From: Cladosporium halotolerans
Taxonomy: Eukaryota
Direction of reading: 5' to 3'
DNA: 64,000 nucleotides
Assembly (NCBI RefSeq): GCF_011745625.1
Contig: NW_027191454.1
Coordinates: 744,001 to 808,000 of the forward strand
The notes under the pieces were generated by a model. The model was not told where the DNA came from, ran no database searches, and saw only the letters and a list, made by a program, of their open reading frames with translations. A program made the translations under genes and the position numbers. Of this stretch, positions 1-13,165 are shown piece by piece (position 1 is the first letter of the stretch; the number at the start of each line of letters is the position of its first letter).

Positions 1-306
1 CGGGTTTGCAGGGCGAAGGCCAAGGATCTTCTCGGCCTTGTGAGGTTCATCGTCGTAATCGTTGGGTGCAAAAAAACTCGGGTATGGAATCTCGCTCGGA
101 GTCAGAGAGATGCGGTTCGAGAAGCGGTTGATCGAGTCGCGGATGTTGGGGCGAGCCGTCGGTGGCTGTTGCTGCGAAGGCACTATGTCCTCGAGTGGGA
201 TGTCTTCGAAGCCGTGTAAGCTTCTACTGTTGGTGAGAGTGTGGGTCTGGCTAGTGCTGTAGTCGCCGCTGTATACCGTGGAGCGAGGGCGAGAGGCACG
301 ATCCAT
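1..306 (-). CDS. Hypothetical protein, N-terminal part (runs off the window edge)
   Basis: ATG at 306 opens a stop-free frame to base 1 (MDRASRPRSTVYSGDYSTSQTH...EPHKAEKILGLRPANP); no recognisable domain. Confidence 0.5.
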   Translation of the reverse strand, partial: MDRASRPRSTVYSGDYSTSQTHTLTNSRSLHGFEDIPLEDIVPSQQQPPTARPNIRDSINRFSNRISLTPSEIPYPSFFAPNDYDDEPHKAEKILGLRPANP

Positions 307-995
307 GTTGTACCCGAGTAGCCACGATCGTCGAGTATTTTTCTGGTTTCGCGAGGGCAGTGAAGGTGGTGTTGAATAGCGCCTCGAATTATGTATAGCA
401 GAGCGGTGAACCTCTCCAAACGACGAGGGTGTTCTCGACGACTCTTTAGAGGCATCCTTCTGGTTGGATCCCAGGTCTTCCGCCATTGTGACTGTGATGG
501 AGTTTCCACACTTGCGATGGGTAAGTCTCGATGTTTCGAAGAGCAGGTGTGTCCATACGATGGATTGGTGGTATCTCAATCTTACAATGCTCGCGGTAAC
601 TTCTGCAGGCGTGAATTAGATTGCGCCGGCTTGGCAAACATGTATGTGAATATGTTTGCGCAGGGGGTTGGCACAGCCAGTGAATAGGCCAAGCGCCACC
701 ATTGTTCGCGAGAGGTCAGGCTATTGTCGGCAAATACTTGAGACCCAACTCATGCTATCAATGTGAAGGACCACATGCCGCTAAAACCGTTGTTGAGTGT
801 CACTTGACATCTGTAATGCTCTTAGCTAACATGTGACTGATAGTTTCTTTGAGTGCAGGTATTGACGCCCTCGAGCGAGGCGCAATCAAAGATTTGATAC
901 ACTTTGTCAATGGTGGCATCACTGATTGCTGGCCGTTGAAATATTCCCAAAGTGTCCCATTCCCCTAACGCCTTGCAGCAACGCTGACCGCAACC

Positions 996-1858
996 CTAGA
1001 AAATGCTGTTTACAAGGTTACCACCAATGGTAGCACCAGCACCGAAGATGGTGGCATTCCCCAACTTCTTGCCGAACTTCTTGCCGTTCTCCTCAAACTT
1101 GCTAGGAGCCTTGCCCTCGCCATTGCCCATACCTGATGTGAAGTCAGCCATCAAACCCGGTAACATGCTTGTGCATTTTTGAACTCACCAGAAACCTCGA
1201 GAGGCATGTTGCCGTAGTTGTTGGTTGTGCTGCTAGCCGGCGCCTTCTCCTCGATGACCTTGACGTACGACCGAGGGAAGATACCCTCTTGGCCGGTGCG
1301 GCTAGAACGGCCCTTCCACCATTCGGCGTTCATGTATTCAGTGACAGTAATGTGGTCGTTCGGCTGCAGCGCAAGATCGCCGGCGTCGGTGGAGTTGTAG
1401 GGGTAGAGTGCAGTTGCCTGGGCGAGAGGCGGGTAGTTCGCTTGCGGCGGAGGTCCAGGAGGAGCACCATAGGCAGGAGGAGGTTGCGGCGTAGCAGCGG
1501 GCTGATAATAGCTGTTATCCTTCTTCTCGTCCGTCGCGCGATTGGCACCGTAGCCGTTGTTCTGGAGGTTCATGTTGTTCATGGCGGAGGTGGGGGGCTG
1601 AATAGTGCCAGCCTGAGACTCCGGCGTAGGCACGGCACCGACAGAAAGAGGCGCATGGAGGGCGGTCTGCTGCGGCAGACGCTGAAGGAGATCTGAGAGT
1701 GTCTGTGGGGAGATGATGGCGGCGTCGGTGAGGTATTCGAGTTCCTAAGCGCCGTTTTAGCTAGTAACACTTGCAATCGGGCGGGCAAGACATACGGCCT
1801 TGATGGTACGGATGGACCGGTTCACCATGGCGGTGTGCATTTCTTCAAGAGGCGACAT
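996..1858 (-). CDS. SH3-domain protein, Lsb1/Pin3 family (3 exons: 1858-1796, 1744-1189, 1132-996)
   Basis: SH3 motifs ALYPY..DAGDL, EWWKG, GIFPRSYV; C-terminal KKFGKKLGNATIFGAGATIGGNLVNSIF typical of Lsb1/Pin3; GT-AG introns restore the frame. Confidence 0.88.
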
Positions 1859-2565
1859 GATGAACGAAGCGATTGGCAGCCGGAACACTACAAATCGCAA
1901 GCGGTCCCGAATGTAGTGGTTGGAAGTGTGAAGGTCGCGGTAGGGCTGGAGTATTAAGGTACAGTAGGTTGGCTCGGGCTGTGCACAAGGCGGATCGTCG
2001 GCATGTGACGCGACGCTGCCAAGTTGAAGACGGACCCTCCTTTTCACGTCCTCTCATCTTATTGTCCAAATATAGAACTTGATCTGTCTACCCGAAAGGA
2101 ACGAGACGGCGGCGAATAAACACAATCATTCAGCAGTAGGACAAATCGTTCTTGCCTGAATCATCAATTCGCTGCTGCGTCGCGTGGAGTTCTATGCAAG
2201 CTGCAGCCACCAAAGCCGACTGCTAAGGTGTGGAAGCATCGATCGTAGGCGAATGCTTGCAATGGCTACTCAACAGCAGCGAGGACCAACATGTTGTGCA
2301 TGTTCGCTGAATAGGACCAAAACCCTCGCTCTGTACAAACCCACTTTTGCGTCTTGATGAGGATTTCCGAAGCACAAGGTGACTCGGCATGCCAAAACGC
2401 TGCAAGCGAACAGGTAGGGCGAGTGAGGCTGAGCTGAGTGGGCGCAGCATGTTTGAGCTTTTGCACCACCTCGCCTGCTCGGAGCTGTCGACTCTTCAGA
2501 CAATCTTGCCTCGACAGGAAGAGCACTACATTGTTTTGCAGTGTCTTTAGGGAAGAACATAGCCA

Positions 2566-4692
2566 ATGGCTGAAGCTTTCGGCATCGCAGCGGGTGTCTT
2601 GCAAGTCGCAGGCTTCGGTGCGGAAGTCAGCAGCACGCTCTGGCGATGCGCAAAGAAAATACGCTGTGCCAATAAGGATCTTGAGGTCATTGTCGGCCTC
2701 GTGGGCGCAACCGCTAATTGTCTCGATGGCGTCGGCCAGTTATTAAAGGACCCGGAGACGAAGGCTCTACACACGCCCAAACTTTACGAGGATACCCACG
2801 CGGTCTCTTCAGGATGCCGAGATATCTTTCACGAAATTCAAGATGCGGTAAAGATCTATGAGGGCAAAGTTGAGGGTGGGAAGCATAGATTGCCAGTGCT
2901 AGCGAGAGTCCGTTGGCCACTGGACAGCCGCCGCCTGGAGGAGCTGCAGCGGATTCTCAAGCACTACAAGGGCGTGCTTCTTCTGATGCTCTCAGTACTT
3001 CAGATCGTGGAAGGTCGAAGAGCAGCGTATGTGTTTCCCCAGATTGCTTTCCGTATCCGACATTGATGCTTTTGCAGTACGAAAGACGAATTGCGTGCTT
3101 TGGAGGCCAACCTCCAATCCCTTGTTGTGACCAACAAGACTCTTTCGGATTCGAACAAGGCCTTGATTGACACGATTGCTGCAATCTCGACACCTCCTGC
3201 TCGCCCAACTGATTCGAGTCTGGTCCTCACCGTTCCGTCAATATCTGCTCATGCTGTCCCTTCGCCTTCTGTCATTTCGGCTCCCTCGACTCGTCCAGTG
3301 AGCCTGATTTCAGAGGCAATTGTGCAACCGACGCAATATCAAACGGCAGCAACGTTATTGGACTTACATGACCCAGTCAGCACCGTCTTGAACGAATGCA
3401 TGAACGCGGTCCAGGAACTCGCCAGCTCCATACAATGTGCATTGGACGCATGGCAGGGGCGAGACACGACTGTCGGATTCCACGTTCATGCTTCTTACAA
3501 TAGATTGGTGCACCGGTTTACTTCATTACCTCTGGGGTTCCAATGCATGATATGCGCACGCATCATCGTACCGCAGGGAGTACATCCTCCAGCAGGCTCG
3601 GGAAACTTTTGTCTCTGTACATTGCAACCACCGAAGATGATGTCACAAGCTGACCGCATGGATCTCGTAGCGAACAAAAGCCATAATTCGCAACATGATG
3701 GGAGGAGAGGAACATTGCAGCAGGCTGCCGAACAGCAACAGCAACAGCGTATGCAAGAGCTGCAGCAAATGCAACAGCTAATGCATATGCAACAGCACCC
3801 GACGAACCCAGCGGTAGGCCACGGGCGCCGTGAGGCTACACTTCCATCAAACTCTCGTAGTAAGTCAAAAGCCAGTCGGTCTTGTATGTGCTTTGGGCTA
3901 ATAAACCATGCAGTAACGCGAGGAAAAGCCACAACTGATTTCATTGGATCCGTCATGCAAGACCCCAATCAGCAGGTGTCCCCGGGTACGGGTGTGATGT
4001 CAAAATCCATAGACCGACTCTATCCGCAGCCACCGCCCATGCCCTCGTGCCAGCAAGAAGCTAGCCAGTGGAGTTTGGGCTCCTCTGACAGAGCGAGCAT
4101 GCTCATGAATGACTTGCGTTCCTCTCACCCTGTCTCGATAGGATCGAATCGGCGTGGGTCTCCGGTCCAGATATCAACCGGATTTACGATTACCACAAGC
4201 CAATCATTACCCATTGCGCAATACCGGATGTTCCAGGATCATACAGACTCTCCATTCCGCGACTCCGACATTGTCTCTAACCCACTCTCGGATGTGCCCG
4301 TTTCTTCCGATTCAAATCCTATCAGCAAAGCTCCACCCTCTCTTCGAGACATATCAATACCATCTCAAATAGAACATCACTATGTCGTACCAATTGAGAA
4401 GGAAGGGGTTGCTCGCGGAAAATCAGATAAATTGGAAACAGCAACGACGGCGATACCATGCAAGCGAGCCAGGAGCCCGGATCTCGTCCATGATGGATGT
4501 GAAGAATCCCAGGAGCAAGCATATATTTCGAGAAAGCTGCGACGGACAAGGAACCCTTTGTCCGCGAATAAGGAATTTGCAGCCATTCCGCAATCGAAAG
4601 GAAGGCCTGGTAGCCCATCGATATCTCTGCTGCTAGAGCTCTGGATTGGCAGCGAAGGCAGCGCAGTGGTGCTGAAAAGTGATCAAGTGTGA
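2566..4692 (+). CDS. HeLo-like / fungal STAND N-terminal domain protein with a long Q/S/P-rich low-complexity tail (intron 3027-3077)
   Basis: N-terminus MAEAFGIAAGVLQVAGFG...RVRWPLDSRRLEELQRILKHYKGVLLLML fits Helo_like_N-type domains; the intron joins ORF 2566 to ORF 3091 in frame; no P-loop seen; further introns cannot be excluded. Confidence 0.7.
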
Positions 4693-5881
4693 CCTTGAAT
4701 ACGATTCACCTACGTTGCATGAGTTGGTGGGAATTGACAAGATGATTAAATTTATCTCATCTCTTTTGTTATCATTGCTTTGGCTTTCGGTGAGATGTGG
4801 ACAATGTTAGCAAACAGCATCGCGGTTATCTGATCTACTCAACGGCCTCTGCAATCTCCACACTTGGAGATACGTAATACCCTTTGACCTTTGAGGCACT
4901 GTTTGTACAAGCGATCTAAGGCGACGTGTGATAGCATCGGCGCTTTCGACAAGCCGACTCGGCTCGGCTGCAGATCGGTCGGCACGGCGCTCGAAGGTCT
5001 CGGATTCCTGCATCTCTGCTGCCTCATGTATCCACTCGCACACGCCAGCCCTAGATCCACTCTTACCATTGATTTACGCTTTTCGTTTCCCTACCTTTAC
5101 AGGCTGCGAAAGACACCCCTTGCTAGCTTGCGAGACCTCCGCAACCGAGCTATCAAACCAACAGAGCAGCAAAGCCAACCATCAAGCCTTGACTACCTTC
5201 CAAGTTTTCAAGATGGCGTATGAACTGCCGCTCAAAGGATCGAGCCAACTATCGCTTCCGCTCCAATCATTCTCATTTGGAAAGCGGTAACTTGGGATGT
5301 AGGCACCCTGGAATCGGCTGGCTCATGGGTGCTAAGCGACTGAGGGGATCCTGTTACTGAACCGGGTTGCTCTCATTATTTGAGCTCACAATGGTTCGCG
5401 CTCCGACCTGACTTTCACACACCTTTCGATCGAATGGATCAGATTCCAACGATGAGAATACCAGCTGGACTGAAAAATCGTCAGTGATCCCAACGATGGC
5501 ATGATCCTCGAGAACACACTCGGCATTCCCGTCATCCACATCGGCTCGAGAGTTTCGGCCGTCTGCCGCAATGTCTGAGTTTATCTCACGCTAATAACCA
5601 CGGCGCAGGTGTGGGTCTGCCATGCACCCATAGTCGCTGCCGTAGACCCTCCTTTCGAGAAGGAGGTGTCGGCCATGCCTCTTGATGGTCGAGGGTCTTT
5701 TCCAGCTTGGGTGGACCTCAGGCTAACTGTTCTTCGTCTTGGCCTTGAGGAGTGGTCAGGCCCTATTTACCTAAGTATGGGCTCTTTTGAAGGCGGTGAA
5801 GCATCTTTTCTTTCGACGTATCTCCTACCTTTTACTATATCACATCATTATTGTGTCTTTTCTACTTCATTTTCGTAGCGT

Positions 5882-7560
5882 ATGGACAGAATGGCGAAAG
5901 AACGCGTTCTCTCAACTGAGACCTCGGACGAGCCTGATCCTAAGGCACTTCAGCAGGCATACCGCTTCAACAGCATCTGGACAGAGGTCGGCTTCTGTTT
6001 TGCTCTTTGCATGACCCAGTTTCTTGCAGAATATCTCATTTCAGGATTTGCACTTCAGTTGCCTCTACTTTCACAGCGCAACCCAGATTTTGCGAATCAA
6101 GACACCAGTGTACTCTGGCCAGCATCATTACTTTCGCTGGTGATGAGTGCAATGCTTCTCATCTTTGCGCGCCTTTCTGATATGTTTGGAGGCTACTGGT
6201 TCTTCCTATTTGGTCTAGCCTGGCTGACCATCTGGACATTAATACCGGGATGCACTACCTCGATCACCGTCCTCAATTGTGCCAGGGCAATGCAGGGTCT
6301 TGCACTCGCCGCATTCATGCCTTCGACGTTCGCAATCATGGGAAGACTCTACGTTCCTGGAAGACGAAAGACCGTCATCATCAGCATTTATTCTGGCTGG
6401 GCTCCACTTGGATTTTTTGGAGGTTTCATAGTGGCTGGAGCCCTTGGTTCCCACTTGTCTGACTACTACTTCTTCATCGGTGCGATTCTTTCGGCTCTCA
6501 CTGGGTTCGTTGCCTGGATGACCATCCCAAAATCGCTGACTGCCGTTCGAAATCACAACATCAAGATGGATTGGATTGGATCCTTCTTCATGGTCAGCGG
6601 GTTGTTGCTCTTATGTTACGCTCTAGCTGCCGAGCCGTATGCGAACGAGCATAGTGATACCGATGGCTTCGCTACTGCTATTGTGCTCGGTCCGCTCGTT
6701 TCGGGAGTGGCATGCCTCGTCGCTGCTTCCATAGTGGAATGGAAGCTAGCCAAATCACCGTTGGTTCCACTAAGCTTCTTCAAATCATGGAGTGTGGTCT
6801 GGCTGTCTTTGGCATGTATGTGCTTCTACGCTTGCTTCGGTGTGTGGCTCTATTACACGGTCGATTAGTGAGTGCCCCTGACCGAAGACGTAAGATAATA
6901 CGGTATTGACATTTTAGCTTCCAAAACCCACTGGCAAACACGTCGAACCTCTCCCGCAATCAGGTCGCTCTCGCCATCTGGTATCTCCCGATGGCAATTG
7001 CTGGACTTGTCTGCTGCGTCATACTGGGCCCTCTTCTGCAAATCGTTCACATGAAGATACTACTCCTCTTCACAGGCTGTACCTGGATAACTGCGCCCGT
7101 GATCCTCGCAGTCTCATCCTTGCCGCTGAGCTACTGGGCAAACGCTTTCCCATCGATCCTTTGCGCCACAATAGGCATCAACTTGACTTTCACGATCTCC
7201 ATCGTTTACCTAACAGCAGTCCAGCCGCCAGGACTGCAAGGCTTGTGCGGCGCCATGTGCTCGATCTTCCTTGGACTTGCGTTCGCATTCAGCCTGCCTA
7301 TTGGTCAAATTATCATGACGAAAGTCAGCGGGAAGAACTGGATGATCGATGCGCACCGTGGCGCGGCCGCTTATGATGAAGACGATCGCCGATCCATGGT
7401 TTTGGGGTATAGGGCATCGTTCATCTACGCCGCTGTTTCTGCCGGTCTTGGATTGGTTCTGTGTGCTCTTGGGGTAAAGATACCCAGTGTGCTGAGCATC
7501 AGACAGAGGAGGCAGCAGCGAGATGGTGGCGCAAAGGAAAGAGTGGCCTGCGACGAATAG
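5882..7560 (+). CDS. MFS transporter, DHA2-like drug:H+ antiporter type (intron 6868-6917)
   Basis: Many TM helices; ARLSDMFGG (motif A), CARAMQGL (motif B), APLGFFGG and MDWIG motifs; the intron splits a TA|C codon and removes the apparent stop. Confidence 0.88.
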
Positions 7561-8328
7561 AGAAAAACTCCATCATTGCTATTGATACATGGAAGTTCAA
7601 CAAATGCTTGAGCCATTTTCTCAAAATGCCGCGCTTCTCACCCGTGATCGACTGAATTGTCGATTGCACGACTCGTGTCATGCCGTGCGCGGCTCAGCGG
7701 ACGGAGTGTGACTCCAGACGATCCGGTCTCCATCGCCAAAGAGCAACAAGAATAGGGTGCCGTATCTCGGTATGCCGAAGTTTAGCTCAGACAGTGGGGC
7801 CGATCGTGCCTTAGTGCCGTGGAGCATCTGGTGGCACTATCCTGAATCGCAGGGTTTTCAGGGTCGCGGCATCTGTAAACTGACGTCGCGAACGGACAGG
7901 AGACCAAAAAAATGATAGCTCACAAAGTCTGAAGTTGCGACACCGACGAGACCGATCAGCACACCTGACCTGCCTATTTGGGCAAAGCCTTCTATACTGC
8001 AATCAATTTGTCATGGGTTGCCCAGACTACTAGCCCGAATGCAAGCTGCCGCCTCATATCATTCCGCCACGCATCCATCTGGAAAACTTCCTAACAACTA
8101 AGCTGATATACATGTTCGCAACCAGAGCTCGCCTGATGTTGAGCTCCGGGGTATCCTGCGAACAGCAATCAGAGTACACAGCCTGTGCTCCTGATATAGC
8201 GATTAGGCAACGTGCAGCATGCATCTGCAGGCTGAGCCGCGCTTCAGCCTCGCGCAGCTGAGACCTTGCGCTCGATCTCAATCCCTCTCACCTTTGTACT
8301 TGTTTTCCACGCGGTATGCGACTTCCAC

Positions 8329-10952
8329 ATGGCGGAGATCTTTGGAGCTGTCGCCAGCGGCGCCGGCTTGCTTTCTCTGTCGATCGAGCTCATCGAGAGC
8401 GTGCAAAAGCTCAAAAGCTTCTACGATGCGAGTAAAAATGCACCTGAAACTGTAGCCCAGCTGTGCTTCGACCTCGAGACCATGTCGTTGTCCCTTCGAC
8501 AACTTGAACAACACCAGCAACAGGACATAGTCGACAAGAATAAGCTTCTAGCGCGATGTGTCGAGACTTGCTCACGCATGGTAGCTAAGATCCAGCAAGC
8601 AGTGAGCAAGATTGAGCGTGTTCTTCAGCAATCTAGAATGAAAGGACGAGTGTACATGGCCTTCAAGGAGCCGGAAATCAGGAAGCTCCTGAGCGACATG
8701 GAACACGCAAAGACTTCTATGTCTTTTGCATACATGAGCTATTGCCAGTGAGTCTCAAACTGTGCACGCGAATATTCATGTCTAAGATCTTTCAGCTCCT
8801 GGAATGTGGGCGAGGCAATGAAGCACGCCGCTACGGCCAGCGCCCACAGCATTGCGCTGTCCTCGTACGACATGCGAATGCAGAGTCTTGAACACAGTGT
8901 CACGGCAGGGAACGCTGCAATCCTCGCTCGCATGCATGGAGGAGTCGATCCATCGAGGTCAACACCGCAGGCCACTCCAGCGGCTGTTAAACCCGCCAAA
9001 ACGGTCATTTCGCGCAAGCACGCCGGTCGTCACCGGAGAGACGAGTTACGCATCGCTCTGCCCAACTGGTTCACCGAAAGTGTGTGGGAGTTCGGTGTTT
9101 CCAAGTCAACATCTGGCTGGGACTTCCGACTTCATGCTATCAGCATACGCTCGGGAGATGACTTCGTCTTTGACGTGGTAAGATCCGGCAAGGTACCGGC
9201 TGTCCGTACACTTCTGGAGAACGGAGACTTGGGTATACGAGATCTTGCATCAGGATACGGGCAAACCGAGGGTCTGCTTGAGGTTTGTAAATCCTTTATT
9301 GCCGCTCTGCATCAACATCATTGACGCGCGCAAAGGTAGCAGCTAGTGGCGGCCACTTGCAGCTTTGTGAGTTTCTGCTTCAAAGTAGCTCTCATTTTCG
9401 AGATGAAAATATCATCCGGGAAGCAGTTGGTGCATTCGTTGCACAGTCAAGAGGGAGAGGAGTAGGTGTCCACCTTCAATCTCTACAGGAAGAGATGAAT
9501 GTGCTTTACGACCTGTTTTTCGGCCGCTACGGTCTCACAGCTGAGTTTTCTCAGAGCAAGCGGCTATGCATCGGCGACTTCGAAAGTATTGAATCCAATA
9601 TGATGCTGACAGAGGTTTCCTTACGGAGCATGTGGGCTAGTCAGGCGATGTCACCTATGCGATGGTCTTTCAAGGAGAGATTTACACTTGCTATGCAGTC
9701 TGAAGGCTGGCCTGCTACAGCATTCATGGACTTTTTGCATCCCGGTAATCTTGATCGAATTGCGACAGAAAGAGACTGCCATGGCAGGACTGCTCTTCAC
9801 TGGGCTGCAGAACATTTCGGATATTGGGCATTCACCCATTACATCAGAGACTTCTCACACGACGAAACCCAACTAGAAGGCTACGCAAAACTCATAGAGC
9901 ATTTGCTGAAGATTGGCGCAAATCCTCACGCGATGAGCAATCAAAAGCACACGCCCTTAGACAGCATTGTTATGCAGACGAACTTCAGGGGCCTGCGAGA
10001 ATGGAAATATCTCGATTGTTTTCGTGCCGTGAAACGGTGGGGCCGGATCATACGCGAGTCAGGTCTTTCGCTCCACGACTACGTCCAGGTCGAAAATCGT
10101 CTTCAGAATAAGGTTCTCAGTCGTCTCACAATGCCGGACACACATTCACGAAATGGTTTGCATTTGCATAGCTTCCAGACCACACTGCTGAACGATTCCG
10201 AACTAGTCCTTAGAGCCAAATACCATCAGGCACTGGAGGTTTGGGAGCACCGCCTGCCTCCTGGCTCGTGGATTGAGGATTCAGTGGTTCCGAATCAGAT
10301 TTCCTGGAGCCCCGGGGAGTTAGGAGTCTCGATGGATTTCTGGGAGCTTGTGAGGACGGTCAGCACTGTGCCTGCAACCTGCATCCTACAGCATGACCCT
10401 GAGACCGAAAGGCCTTTCTACGAGGCGACAGACTTGAAAGCGATTTACTTCGATCTTTTTTCGGGCGGGCAAGATGATCACGGCTTCGCATTTAGAATGG
10501 GTGTGCGGAGCAGAAAACGAAGCGAACGACTCGGGAAGCCAACTAGACAACGCGCTTCGTCCACACCCCCGGCGAGCACATTATCTGTTTACAACAAACC
10601 ACCTGAGTCTCTTACGTATGCTGTCCATGTCGAGTCTGCCTTTGGGCAAGCCCACAAATGCTTTGCAGACGGGCAGTGGATCACAACGACTCCTGTTTGG
10701 TCAAATGATAGGCTCGACATTCGAAGGATGTGTATGCTGGGGCTTTGCCACGAAGGTCTGGAGCTTGATCTGGGCGAGCCTCGTGATTGGCGAACTGAGT
10801 TATTCCTGGACAAGGACAAAGCACATCTCGGGAGAGAATTCGCACGCCGCTTCCATCCTGAAGCCATACCTGTGATTGATACAAGTGTCGAGAAAGCACA
10901 GAGATTGGCTCAACTCGAGCAAGAGATGGCTCATGATGTGGCATCAGTGTGA
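8329..10952 (+). CDS. HeLo-like N-terminal domain + ankyrin-repeat protein (introns 8748-8795, 9283-9335)
   Basis: MAEIFGAVASGAGLLSLSIELI HeLo-like start; ankyrin motifs LLEVAASGGHLQLCEFLL, GRTALHWAA, LLKIGANPH...HTPLD; both introns are frame-consistent. Confidence 0.78.
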
Positions 10953-11324
10953 TATGCTGTTCGTACATGCAACGAGGCTGTTCGTCGCAATTTCTCCCCT
11001 TCACAAGACGATATATCATGAGTGGATTGATGTCTAACTATCCCACAGTATTCTCGGTAGCAAGCACGCCAATATGCAACAAGCTCGGTAAAGTTTGTGG
11101 CACCCTGGCTTCTCATATCTGCACCAGATTTGAACAGCGTCTGGCTGATGGTAGCATGCTAATTTGGAATTGAAGTATAGACATCCTGCTCTCATTTATT
11201 CTCCCGTGGCGCATGCTTCTCGCACGGAAATCAACCTAGGCGAAGCTCACCAGATAGCAAACCGCATATATTCCGCTAAATTAGCGAGACGATTATCTCT
11301 CGCCGGCCAGACCGCTGTTCTTGT

Positions 11325-12536
11325 TCAACCAAGAAGCAATTTACACACCCACTCCGCTGTTTGAGTATGTAAACTTGGGTCGCGTAGGTTGCCGTCCCCG
11401 GCAAGACCTCCGAACGTTCTGCTTCCCTCTTCCGCCAGGGCTTGAAATACTACCAACTGATCTCGCATGTGCTCATCAACATATGCTCCACTTGACCACT
11501 CAGCGTGTAAATCACGGCTCACGCAGTCCGCAAGCTCCGTCGTTGCGAGCTCTGGTACCCTGACTCGGCGATCGTACAACCAATCCCTGGCCAACTTGTA
11601 AGAGCTAGGAATTGCCGATCGTGCCGTTGCAGATGGAACTGTGGCAACGAGGAGAAGATAGTAGCGCTTTTCGTGTTCACTGTCTTCGCAGGTGAGCGAC
11701 AAATTACCGTTGTCGTCGGAAAAGTCGAGTTCAAAGTACGAGTTGATTGTCGACAATAGGGTATCCCTCATATGAGCATGGGTGGCTGCCGGTCCAATGA
11801 ATGTTGCGTCAATGCGTGCTGGAAAAGCCGGACGAGATATGAGATCTTCTGGGTAAAGCTCGAATGCTGGAAGGCTGACCGTCTTCCTAGCCGGTATCTC
11901 AAGAGTGAAGCTGCCTATACTTGAACCACCATGGCTCCAGCCTCGTTTGTTCAGTTGAGCACTGACACCTAGAATACCGATCCGGGATAACGTGGAAAGG
12001 AGGACTTGTTCAATGTATTCATATGATGGGGAGCCGGACACGTTCGTGCCGCCAGAAATAGTCAATCGGACTGGAAGATTGCTGATTGAGCCATCCTGAT
12101 GTCGAGGGGGCATGAAAAGTATGAATGGAAGTATTGCTTGCAGAGCTAAGCCAGTGCTCCCGGCACTCTTGATGTCCAGTTTGCATTCCCAGAAAGAACC
12201 CCGACCCTGCTTGGGTTCTATCAAGCTGTACGCAGGGGAGGCGCTACCAACTGAGCCAGGCTGGAATTCCAGCGTCTTGCTGCCCTTTTCAGCGCCAGAG
12301 ACGATGGCGTTACTCGCGAATGCGAGCCATTTCACGCATGCGAGATGTTGCGCTTTGAGCCCGCCACCGGCGGAGCGATTGCCGCGTATGTTGTTGATTC
12401 TGATTGGAGTGTTCGTCAATGCAGAGATTCCGATTGCTAGACGCAGAAGCTGACCACCACCCTCAAGAGTGCGACCATCGAGTTCAAGAGGTTTGGAATG
12501 AGGGGTCGAGTCTTTTCCCAAAGTTTGATCCGACAT
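11325..12536 (-). CDS. RNA 3'-terminal phosphate cyclase (RtcA-type)
   Basis: LDGRTLEGGGQLLR, IRGNRS..GGLKAQHL, GSTGLALQAILP, GGTNV, and DEHMRDQL carrying the catalytic-type His; exact C-terminus uncertain. Confidence 0.88.
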   Translation of the reverse strand: MSDQTLGKDSTPHSKPLELDGRTLEGGGQLLRLAIGISALTNTPIRINNIRGNRSAGGGLKAQHLACVKWLAFASNAIVSGAEKGSKTLEFQPGSVGSASPAYSLIEPKQGRGSFWECKLDIKSAGSTGLALQAILPFILFMPPRHQDGSISNLPVRLTISGGTNVSGSPSYEYIEQVLLSTLSRIGILGVSAQLNKRGWSHGGSSIGSFTLEIPARKTVSLPAFELYPEDLISRPAFPARIDATFIGPAATHAHMRDTLLSTINSYFELDFSDDNGNLSLTCEDSEHEKRYYLLLVATVPSATARSAIPSSYKLARDWLYDRRVRVPELATTELADCVSRDLHAEWSSGAYVDEHMRDQLVVFQALAEEGSRTFGGLAGDGNLRDPSLHTQTAEWVCKLLLG

Positions 12537-13165
12537 CGTTCGGACGTCGCAACCCACGGAGTCGCTCACTAATTTGCAACCTAATCAAGTCTAAGCAAAA
12601 GTAGGAAGAAGTAGAACGTGACCTGTTGAATGATGATAAGAGGGACGGCGATGCGGTGCTGATCTTTTCGGTGCTGACACTCTTGACTCATCTCGCACTC
12701 ATCGCATTACAGAATTCTATTTCGAAGAGATCGAAGAGGCGAACACGTACACCTACCTCTTTGCGATTAATAATGAGTCAAGACAGCCACTGTCTGGTCA
12801 AGCTTTCAAAGGCCGATCGATGCGTGGTCAAATAATGGCCGGAGAGTCATATATGCTTTGGAAACTGCGCCTGTAAAGTAGGGAAAGCGAGCGCAGAGAG
12901 AAAATGGACGGACTTGGTACGCAGAATCATAAATGACCAGCAGCGTGAGACGATTCGCTTTAGTCCATGATTGCATTCATAATTTGTGTCAATGTTTCAA
13001 GTGAAAAAGGTTCCGGATTCCCTATCCAAGCGGTCGATGCAGCGTCAGCAAAACACACGCCAAGCAAGCGCGAGCTTTCGCGACCTCGATGGCCAAACCG
13101 TGATGATTTGGAGGGGCTGTTCTACCTACCCCATAACACACCTTTGACAATCCGCACTCCGCAAA

